Below, piece after piece: positions 51,701 to 62,499 of a stretch of 64,000 nt of DNA. The translations under genes were made by a program, and so were the position numbers. Source of the stretch: Iphione sp. A-MEVVRFRX5 (Eukaryota); contig OZ320322.1 in assembly GCA_976226885.1 (NCBI GenBank), positions 27,218,001 to 27,282,000 of the forward strand, given 5' to 3'. Below the pieces are notes generated by a model. It saw nothing but the letters and a program-made list of their open reading frames with translations, did not search any database and was not told the origin of the DNA. The number at the start of each line of letters is the position of its first letter. The stretch's first letter is position 1.

Positions 51701-54700
51701 ATACCTCAGCCTGATTCAACAAAGGTTGATGTTACTGAAGAGGAGCTGCCACCAGTTTTAGAGGATAAGGAATTGCTCATAGCAAAACAAGCTGAACCTC
51801 AGAAGGTGGAGATCAGTTCACCTGAACAATCTGCACTTCCACAGGAGATGGGAGACACTATTGGGAAATCAGAAATGATTGCTCCACAACCTACATCTAT
51901 TCATTTGGATGAATCAATTGTTGAACCTACTCTTCCACAAGATAAAGATGTCAAGATCAGTCAACCTGATCAGTCTGTTGTGGCTCAAGAAGTGACACCA
52001 ATCCAAACAACACAGGAAGAAATTATTAAAGAACCAGAGACCATTCAAGTACAGCCATCAGTCGATACACTCGAGAAAGATGTTTTGAAGTATCAGCCTG
52101 AACAGATTACAGAAGAATTAGTTCCTGAGAAAGAGGATATCCCAACTGAAAAAGTGGAGGACATTCCTTCTCCTGGTTTAAGCCAAGTTGATGTCAAGAA
52201 GGATGAGCATGTCTTAGATGTTGATCAATCTGAGCTGGTAATAGAAAAAGTCTTTGAGACAGAAAAAGTGGAAATCAGTTGGCCTGAACAATCTGCTCTA
52301 CAGCAAGAGATGAGAGCCACAATTGAGAAATCAGAGATGATTGCTCCACAGCCTTCACCTCTTCATCTCGATGAATCTATCATTCAACCTCCTGCTCCAC
52401 AAGATAAAGATATCAAGATTAGCCAACCTGATCAGTCTGTTATGGCACAAGAAGTGACACCCATCGCAACAACACAGGGAGAAATCATTCAAGAGCCAGA
52501 GACTACTGAAATACAGCCATCAGTAGATACTCTTGAGAAAGATGTTTTGAAATATCAGCCAGAACAAATTGCACAAGAAGTAATCCCTGAGAAAGAGGAA
52601 GGTGTTAGTGAAAGGTTGGAAGATATACCTCAGCCTGATTCAACAAAGGTTGATGTTACTGAAGAGGAGCTGCCACCAGTTTTAGAGGATAAGGAATTGC
52701 TCATAGCAAAACAAGCTGAACTTCAGAAGGTGGAGATCAGTTCACCTGAACAATCTGCACTTCCACAGGAGATGGGAGACACTATTGGGAAATCAGAAAT
52801 GATTGCTCCACAACCTACATGTATTCATCTGGATGAATCAATAGTTGAACCTACACTTCCACAAGATAAAGATGTCAAGATCAGTCAACCTGATCAGTCT
52901 GTTGTGGCTCAAGACATGACACCAATCCAAACAATGCAGGAAGATTTTATCAAAGAGCCAATGAGCACTGAAATGCATGCATCCGTTGATACCCTTGAAA
53001 AGGATGATTTGAAGTCTCAACCTGACCCAATTACAAGAGAATTCGATTTTGAGAAGGACGAAATCCCAGCAATAAAGGACAAGTTGCCAATGAAGACAAC
53101 AGAAGAAGAAATTGTGAAAGAAGCACCTATTGTCAAAATGGAAACTGAAACTAAAGTAACGTCTGTTGAGCCTAGACAGGTTGGTGATGGTTTTCCTCTT
53201 AAGAGTGACAAATCACAGATGGGAATATTAGATGGTCCTATACATAAAAGTCACGATCGAAAGGAGGAAGGCATAGTCCTTCTTGAACAACCCCCTGCAG
53301 TGAGAGATGAAATCATTCAAGGGGAAAAAATTGAAATTATTCGGAGTGAGGAGGTTATCACATCACCAGAATTTGGGACTACCATCGAAATGTCTGGCCC
53401 GATTCTCTCACCGCCAGAAGCAATTTGTCCTCCTCCCTTAGATATGGGTACTACCTGTGAAGCTGTACGTGAAGACGATATGCTCCAGAAGCAAGACAGC
53501 ACTGATATGGAAGCAGCAACCGACAATGTGCAACCTGATCTTGAGCAAATTCCACATCAGACTGTAGAGGAACTGGCTTTTGTCAAACCTTCGTCTCCAG
53601 CAGAGAAGGTAAAACAAGAGGAAATGCCACTGAAGAAAACCCTGAAACCTCTTCAGGACGAGCACACGGCGATGGTTTTAACAGCCCCACCTGAAAGTCC
53701 TGTATGGGTTACAGCTTTTGAGGAACTAGAGGTGCAAACTGAGTTGGCAACAGCAGATGTCAATGTAGAAGACTCAGTGCAAATGGAGACCATCATAATG
53801 CCGCACCAGATGGAACAGACAGTCAATATTCAATGTATGCGCTTGGAGGATCAGCTGGAAACATCTGAAGCAAAATCTGACATAGATGCAGTAGAAGAAG
53901 TGGAAGCAGCTATGGCAGAAGAGGAAGCGGTTCCTTTAAGTAACGCGATGAGCAAGGACAGAGTGGAACAATCCGTTCGAGAGATGCATCTTGATACTCA
54001 CCTTGAAAGGCCTGCAAGTGAACATTCAAGCATTGGGTTCGACGAGGAGGGAGCAAAACTACTCATTTCTGATGATGCTGTGATTGATGTTGCCACGAAA
54101 CATCCACCAGCGGTGCAGTCTGTATCAGAAATCCGTGTAAGCGATCACTATTGCATCACGGAGCAAGATAGAGAGGAGGTTATTTTGATTTTGGAGGAAT
54201 TAAATGCTAATCTAAGTACAGAGAGGGAGAGGGAATTGGATAAGGCATTGCGCAAATCTCCAATACAACAAACAACAATGGAATCCACACTGACTGAAGA
54301 AGAATCCATACAGATGACTGTTACTGAACAGATTCCGAGTGAACAACTCGTGGCACTGGAAACAACGTCAATGCAAGAGGATGAAGCAGTGTTGAAGGAA
54401 AGTGTGAGAAATCTATCATTGGCCGGTATGTCACTTACTGGATCACTGCCGTTAGAAACACCATCGAAGAAAATCGACCGAATCGAACAGTCTGTCAGAG
54501 AACAAGAAGTACACGTGACCCCAGAAGCAACTCCCTCTAATGAGTTTACAGCGGATCAATTCGTTGCAATCGAGGCAAGTATAGATCCAGTCGTTCAGGA
54601 CCACACTTTCTCGGATGAACACAAAGTCGGGGAGGCCAAACTTGATGCAACAGTAATCGAGTCTCATCAGACCGAGGTGGTCAGAAGCACAAGGAGAATC

Positions 54701-57700
54701 GAACAGTCGGTTATTGAGCAGGAATTAAATAACTTTGCAGTGAGCAGCCAAGATGTAAGTGAAGGCTCAGCTTTCCAGGAGTTTGTTGCTATGGAATCCC
54801 ATGTCAAATCTGAAAGCGGCGATGAAGCAGTCAAACAAGAAAAGGCAACTAGCGAGGGCCTCGTCGGCCTTTCTGTTACGTCGAAATCGAATACAGGAGG
54901 TAAGGTTGAAAAGAAAGCAAGGCCTGCTCAGGTCGTCACTGAGCAGACACTTGAGGAGATATTTGCTCTCAGGCCATCCATCAGTGACGAATCTTTGTTG
55001 AAAGAGTTCGTAGCGCAGGTATCGGTGACGGAGGAGGAAGGCCATCTTATCGAACAGGAACAAAGCGGGACGACAACCGACGAAGCGGAGGAGTCGCTGG
55101 TATCAGGAGCAACAGCCAGCGTTGTGAGCCAGCATTCTTCAATGGTCGAGCAACTCACCACGGAACAGTCACTACAAGGATACTTCAAGGAGGAAGAGTC
55201 ACTCCCACTGGAGACTCAGGCGGAGGAGCTGGAGAGCAAGCAGTACTCACCTGACACCAACTACATCAAGCGTATGATCATCCGGGCGATCGAGTTCACC
55301 GACGACCCGCACATGCAGAAACGGTACGAGACCTTCCTCAAGCAGACACCGACCAAACCGGTGAGCCGGAGGAAGTCCCGTAAACAGACGGAGGACGGCT
55401 ACCGGGTGAAGGTGGTGGAAGCCAAGCGGCCATCCGGCGATCTCCTGGAGTTGGACGTCAAGATAGAAACCCCCCCGGAGGAGGTCATTTTCCTGCCGTA
55501 CAAGAAGACCGAGGACATCAGACATGAGATTGCGCGGCCCTTGTCTGCCGTGGAGAGTCTACCCGACGACACTGGCAGTAGCAGCATAGAACCCTCGGAG
55601 CTGATCATGGAGGAATTCCGCTCGCAGAGTCCGCCGACGGACAGCTCCCAGCACAAAATGGAGGCCGTGGCCGTGGGTGATATGGGGGTTCCCGTGGGAA
55701 AGGTCGAGAGCGATCCTGATGAGCAGCTCTTCCTGCCGTACAAGTCGCTTGAAAATCGTCTGTCACAAGTGGCGCTAGACAGCGTCACCGATGGCCTCAC
55801 CACACCGACCATGACCAGCGACTTGGCCAAGTCACCCAGTCTTGTTCGTCCCGGCGTAGAGGCAGAAACGGACGAGGCTGTCGAAGCCGAGGGTTCGTTG
55901 TCCCTCTCAACAGGGTCCTATCAGGTGGACACCCTCGAGACCACATCGGCCGAATTCCGCGGGGATTCCCGAACGGAGAGTGCGTCGAACGTTGCCCCGG
56001 GCGAGCGTTTAATCCCAGGGTTGAACGTGGTGGAGGCGCCGTCATCCGATACAACGGAGGAAGCGGAAGTGATCGACACGTACCGAATGGCCTTCCAGGT
56101 GCATGACCACTGGTGTCCCATCGACGCCGACGCGACGGGGACCCTGTCGTCTCGATCGGAGGGGCAGCTCACCCAGAGTCCGGTCTACAGCGACGAGCGC
56201 TTCCCCCGCTACGGGCCTCCTTCGGAGAAGGACGATATCGACGTGAGTGACATCTCCTATGACATTGACGCCGATAACATATCCACCGACGAGCTGCAGC
56301 TGTCAGAGGTCGCCACAGATGACACCGAGCCGTCGTCGCCTCAGCTACGCCACCTGGTGAAGAGCAACACCTTCAAGGACCAGCCGAGGAAGAAGGCGCG
56401 TTCAGAGGCCCAGACCAGCCCCGGTAAGGAGACGGCGGCTGGGAGCGAGAAGCGCACGGGGACGGGGATGAAGACGAAGCGAATGCGACGTTTCATTGAG
56501 CGATGGGAGAAAGAGAGCGACCACAGCTCCACTTCCGACTCGCTCGACCCCCCGCGCGTGCCCAGTGCGGACGACGACGACGACGAATTCTACGATGACT
56601 CGACCCCATGGCCGTCGGATCCCCTCGGCTTTGGCGGCAAGTCGCTCATCGACCGGCACCTGGAAATGCTGAAGGCGGACGTGCAGCGGGAGACAACGCC
56701 AGAGGTGGAACTGCTCACCGAGGACCAGATGATGGAGGTGCTTAGGCAGGAAAATTATATGGGTAGCTCCAGTATCTCCACGGAAACCCTGGAGAGGAAC
56801 CTGCAGGAGCACCAGACGGACGATAGTTTGGGGGCTGAGTTGAAAACCACAGAAATAATTGGCAGGACATGGGAGCGTTCTATACCTCAGCATCCAGTAC
56901 CGGTTAAGATGGATCTCAGTTCATCGGGGACAGAATGTGAGGCATTCTCTAAGGTATCTCCTACAGTGGTTCTCACAGAAGAAATCCCTCCGCCTGAATC
57001 TTCAGCTGCACAGGCGCCACCTACTAGTACTATTGTAAAGCCAGATGCGGGAAGAGAAATAACGACGCGCTCCCTGGTGGAGCAAGGGGGAACATCGCGC
57101 AAGGAATCCATCGATGTGGAGGTAATGGAAGTCCTTGGCCGTGAGGCGCGTACTGAAACGAGTGGAATTCAACGCCATATATTTGAACCGCGGCAATTTG
57201 AATTCCACCATATTGAGAGTTCGCATATGTCATCATTTAAGACTGCAACCTCAGGCCAGATCGTTCGGCCGTTTGAGTGTTTCGGTCCGCCCGGCAACCT
57301 GCTCGTGGCTCAGCGTTCGGACCTGAGGCCCCTGGTGCAAGTGAGGCGTGACGGGCAGCTCACCGTCGACCGGCTCTATTACGGTTCACCGAGCACTGAG
57401 CGCACTGAGTCCTTCCTGGCGATGCCCTTCTCCCTGCCCGCACTGATAATACAAACCCCGAGGCCCCCACGCCCCAGTCACCCTCCCCCTGATGACGGTC
57501 CAGACCGTCCAGCGCAGCCTGGTCCTGACTGGCGGGACCCGCATGCCGACCGGGGCGGCGGCGGCGGCAGGGGTGGTGACAAAGGAGCACAAGTGGCAGG
57601 AAGGACAGGAGAGATCAGCAGTACTGGTGGTGGCTCATCAGTCTCGTATTCGTATTGTGATGCGGCGGGGGTGAGGTGCGGCCAAGGTGACGTGAGTGAA

Positions 57701-60700
57701 TGTACGCCCGGCCGCGGGGGGTATGCGACCGCCGAGCCCTACGGTCCTGGGAATGGACTGATGCGGCAAGAGAAATCCGAACCCCGGCCCTTCGCGTCTG
57801 CGCATTCCTCAGAAGGGACAGAGGTCACCATGGAAACCCTATCTAGGCCAGGGTCAAGGACGCCAGAGAGGGAGTACTCCGGAGGAAAGGACCAGCCACG
57901 CCGCAGACTGGAGGAGACTGTAGAATCATTACGTGTGGTGGAGGAGAGGAGGAGAAACGAGAAGGGGAAAGGGACGGCAGGATGTAGTGGCAACACTTCT
58001 ACGGATCACAACAAAGGCAACCAAACTGGTCACTCGTCAGGTACTGGCATACCCGCCGATAAGGGCATATCATCTTCGCCGAGTACTCACAGAGAGCAGT
58101 CGCTATTGGCGGGTGGCACGGCAGTCGGTTCATATTATGGCGGTTGTTATGGTAACAACCTGGAAGGAGACCGCCCTAGAAACCCTGGGTGTACTTTGGG
58201 TGTGGCCCTGCCCGGAGGCAGTGCGCAGGTAAACGTGTTACATACACAGTCGGCTACAGGTAAGCCAAAAACAGGAGGCGTGCGGGCCAACACCATGGAG
58301 AAACCGAAGCTGGGGGATCGGCTGGCCGGCCCCGAAGGCGGGAAGGACGAACGGAAGGAGCAGGGCCGAGGAGGAGGGAGGACACCGCTCCAGTATATGC
58401 ACCGTGACAGTCTGTGGAGCGAGGAGGAGGAGGAGCCGCCCGCCGGGCCATCCTCCGTACCACACTCATCCCAGCACCGACAGCAGGGCACGACAGCCAC
58501 CTCCTTCCCACAGGGCAACCAAGGTTACGAACGCCCGAACGTCTACGCCAGTACGCAGGGTAATCGGCCGCGCCTGGAGATAGATTACCCCATACCGCTG
58601 CCGACAGCGGAGGATCAGATTAATCCCCGTGATCCCGAACGTAGACACGGCCCAGAGACTGATAAGTCGCCAGACTCGCCCCAGCCCACTGTGAAATCCG
58701 ACAGCAGGCAGCTGGGGCCGAACGCCGCTGATGAAACCAATAACTTGCCCCTCGAGGGGCCTTATCGGCGTCAATACGAGTACATCGAGACATCGAGCGA
58801 GGAGGGGGACGAGGAAGATGTCATCCTCTATGATGTAAACGACATTGATGAAGAGCTGGAGGATGCTACTGAGATATGTGAGGCTCCTGTGGAAGACAGG
58901 GAGGATCCCAACAGCGGCGATGTAAGTGCCGACAGAGGGAAGGATCGAGGGACAGGAGGTGAGAGTGAGCATGAGGTGTCATTATATAGGACTGCTGTAA
59001 CAGGCTCCGAGCCACGCTATCAGCAGGAAGCCGCGGCGCCTGGAACACCTCCAGCATCTGACCAGGAGCTCTCCCAGGAGGCCTGGGCTGAACTACAGGA
59101 GGACTGCAGGCAGATAGTGTTGCCATGGCTACAATGTGACGAAGCAGGCATTTCTGCCTCATTCCATGCCAATGACCAAGACCATCGACACTGGCAGGAA
59201 GATGAACCGAAGATGGCAGAGAAGCAACAACCGCAGCAGATGGCAGAAGAGCCTAGAAGTGGCCGGCCGAATGGTGCAGATGTAAAGCACTCCACAGGGG
59301 ACCACCGCCCACAACGACCGCGGGCTGATAGTTCGAAAAGCAGACGAAAGATAGCGAAGGGCGCCTCCCAGCATTTATTTACCACTGAAGAGTCGTGCTT
59401 CGAGCCAGGTGCAGGCGCATCGCAAAGGTCACGTCTTCCAGCTCAACTCAGCAGCAGCAGCGACTCTGCAGGCCAGATGTGGACCGCAGCCGCGGAAGAT
59501 GCGTTCTCAATGTCTACAAAATCCCAAACAACCGTATCATTATCGGACGCGTCTCAAATATCAGGGATCAAGGGGAGGAGCCGGAACGACCGGGACAGCC
59601 ACATAGAGAGGCGACGTGCCACAGATAAGCTAGAAATGACGAACGTGTTTGGCAATGATGGGGAAATTCTTGGCCAAGTCAGCGAAGGAATACAATATGA
59701 GAGGGGGACAGATGGTGAGGGAGAAGCCTTTCTTAAAAGGCTTCCATTTCCACACAGCTCATCCGAGACAACTCATTTTCAGTTTTACGAGGAGCAGTTG
59801 ACTAGCAGAGAGCAGTTCCAAGAGAAAGTTACCGAACTATGCGAGGAAACGATGATGATCACGAAAGAATCTTCAGAACTTCATAAAACGGTCGATTATG
59901 ATCAGGTAGCGTTAAGTAGTCATGAAAGTAGCAGAATGGAAGTCCAAAAGACGCTCCACGAAGAAAAAACAACAGAGGCTATGTCAGTTTCCACCGATAA
60001 ACAGTCATTTACTACTGGGTTTACACAGAGTTCGTCCACGTCGAGCCGAGTGGAACTGACAAGTGGAACGAAACTGGCGGGCGGCGAACTACACAATTTA
60101 GGTTCTAGTGTTGATTTGCAGAAAACTGTACAGACAGACTCAGTTCAGAGGGTCTCGTCGCACAAAGACAGCCATGCTGTTGTTGAGGGGTTTGAAGACT
60201 TTGCTGGGGAGATGACAGAAATCACTCCCCGCCGCCGTAAGCTTGGCAGTGATACTGACCTACGGATGCGTATTGATAACGTTAAAGGGGCAGAGGCTTC
60301 GCTATCTGCCGACCGCCCCGTCCACCCGCCACCGTCCACAGGCGACTCCGCGCCGCTCGCCACACTCGACGACGACCTGGCCAGCTCCAGCGCCGCCGAC
60401 GATAGCGACGCCTGTGGACAGAAATCCAAGACGCCGCCAGGGAGCCAAGCCCTGGATGAGCGTGACGTCATTAAGACGTCCCATACCGCCAACAGTAGAA
60501 GGTACGCCGGGCGTCAGGACGCCGCGCGCCGTGACGTCACTGACGTGTCGAGCACTCTAACATCCGGTGACGTCACGATGGACGGCGCTGACGTGCATTC
60601 CGTTGCTTCCGGTTTTGCTTCCCTCCCGCCCTCTAGTGGTTGCGATTCGGGAGCGTTTGGCATGCCCCCAGAGATGGCACATAACCCTGCTTCTTCCGCC

Positions 60701-61042
60701 GGTAGTGTAACTGGTGGGTTGGATGTGCCGCCAGCTAGCGGCCAGTCTGGAACTAACTGCCTTGTTGACGTTGCCAAAGACATGCCTGCTGTTCATGCGT
60801 TTGACACCGTCCCAAATGTTAACCTCAATCCAAAAACTTTTCGAGCAGTGGAACTCCCCCATAGCGTAGGTAACATTGACTCAAACGATGAGGAAGAGGA
60901 TGATCTGAACTGGGAGACTAAATCTTGTGTTTCTAGTTTCTCTACCAGGTCAGGCATCTCTGAAGCCGACCTTGAGTGTGCGGTAAAGAGGCTAAAGGTA
61001 AGAGCTAATTTCGCTAACTTGGCGAGGACCCGTAGACCGTAG
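34865..61042 (+). CDS. Giant single-exon ORF (8725 aa); acidic E/Q/P/D/V/I/S/T-rich, predicted intrinsically disordered repeat protein; probably a giant first coding exon ending at 60997 and spliced downstream
   Basis: No stop over 26,178 nt, about 16 kb of it non-repetitive. ATG in CACCATGT context, with in-frame TAA at 34847-34849. Donor CTAAAG|GTAAGA at 60997/60998 falls exactly after codon 8711 (phase 0). No signal peptide, TM helix or recognisable globular domain. Confidence 0.9.
36663..36733 (+). repeat. Coding CAG/CAA repeat (polyQ: Q5-LQS-Q15)
   Basis: Near-pure CAG run. A second Q7 tract lies at ~35006-35026. Confidence 0.95.
40349..40710 (+). repeat. Coding duplication, 2 x 183 bp (61 aa; QAVPERPTS..AAP.RIS.VPD.RF...LQR..DLRIER)
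   Basis: CAGGCAGTACCTGA at 40364 and 40547, offset 183. Confidence 0.9.
41590..42724 (+). repeat. Diverged flanking copies of the array monomer (5' side)
   Basis: Motifs such as EKSELISPRPVSLNVEESVI, LQISQADQSAL and ERSGIISPRPHSM echo EKSEMIAPQPSPLHLDESII and KISQPDQSV. A partial degenerate copy also follows the array at 52889-~53050. Confidence 0.7.
42725..52888 (+). repeat. Coding tandem array: 11 x 924-bp dimer (A+B monomers, 462 bp / 154 aa each), near-identical copies
   Basis: CCTGATCAGTCT (PDQS) monomer starts at 42725, 43187, 43649 ... 52889. (52889-42725)/924 = 11. The K(D/N)EHVLDVDQ motif occurs 11 times. Confidence 0.97.
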
Positions 61043-62499
61043 ATCTTCTCCGGCTTGGGGAAGGTTCCCAGGAGTCACTTGCTCAAATACAACCATAACT
61101 TACCTACCCCACACTAGGGGACGTCCTAACCTATACTTAGAGAGTTTTTAGCTTTTTGTTATTTGTGTAGAACCAAGACTGATGGCCAGGTACAAGTGGC
61201 TGAGGATTTGTACTGCCCTACACTCAAAGAATACTGTCAACATGGTTTTCTGCATGGTGTGCCGGTTATGTGTGATAAGGCTTAATTTCCATGAGCACGT
61301 GTTTGTGTGCTTCATTGCAGTCCATGGTAGATATTTACGCAGAAGTTGGGGGATACATGGACAGATGTAGATAAAAAACTGTTTTCATGTCCTTGTGTGT
61401 GCGTGTATGTGGAACCATATAACTAAAAGATGCACAGCAGAGCAATAACTCCTGAAAAATAACCCATTCAGTCTGCACAACTGCATAGATATCTCATGAA
61501 TCAATGCACAACAACAAATAATTCATTAATTGTGTGGAAATGCCTGGTTATGTATTATAGAGAGATGCAAATTAGCTACACCTGATTCTCTGGTCTAGGC
61601 CCAGGCCCAGTTTCATGTACTAAGGCTAAACATGGACACATGTGCAATGGAAATTGGGACATGTCCCAATCTGAAACATAGATGAGTGTTTGACTCAATA
61701 CTTACCATTACATGGAAGCAGTCCAATTCCTAAGCAGAGAAGCTGAGAAAAACAGCAACATGGTACCAAACACTGGTATGAAAACACATGTACATGGAAA
61801 TTAAGCCGAAATGTTTCGTGTTGGGTGTTGCAGAAAAACTATATTAACTACAGTTATATGTAATTTGTGTTGTCGGCGTGTTTTGTTCTACTCTCCCCCG
61901 TCCGCGATGTAGACGTATGAAACCACATACTTATCCTGATTTTCCCCATGCTTGCACCAAGAGAAGATCCTGTTCCGTCATGCATATTTCAGTCGAACTA
62001 GACGTCTCAAGTGGTTGACTGGAAAGACCACAGCACAATATGACTGGGTCCCAGACATCGAGGCCTCAATCAATTTATGAAGCCAATGTCAGTCTGGCAT
62101 ATGTTTTTGATAATCATGGTCTTTTTTCGTTCTGAGATCTAGTGGAAAGCTTGAACCTTGCCCACATAGGACCGATCTGACCCGTCTTAGATGAGAAAGA
62201 ATGTCCTTTGAGATGTCTCAGTTATGAGTAGCACCCATTATGGAGCAGTCTGTTTTGCGTTTCGCGGTTTTCGGTGCTTTGCTTGTTCTCCCAGAATCAA
62301 AGTCTGTCGAGTATTGGCGGTGGCATGCCACGAGTGATTTGTTAGTGGGGAGCATGATATATTCCTGTGGCCTTATTTTGGCTCTAAATCAAATTACTGA
62401 CAACTGCACAAAACTGAAACATTGCAAAAAGAAGAGAGGAATTCCATATACAAGTAGATGCCTAGGTTAGTGGGGTTTTTTTTCATACAAACGGATTAA

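Noticed and set aside
42725-52888. Non-coding satellite that is open by chance
   Set aside because: The frame continues without stops for ~7.9 kb upstream and ~8.1 kb downstream of the array in non-repetitive sequence.
34865-61042. Calling the ORF giant ankyrin, titin, MACF1 or nesprin by name
   Set aside because: No ANK, ZU5, UPA, death, Ig, FN3, CH or spectrin-repeat sequence was found in the window; only compositional and short-motif resemblance. Gene symbol left empty.
34865-61042. Mucin or secreted glycoprotein
   Set aside because: No N-terminal signal peptide or TM segment; the repeats are E/Q/D/I/V-rich rather than PTS-type.
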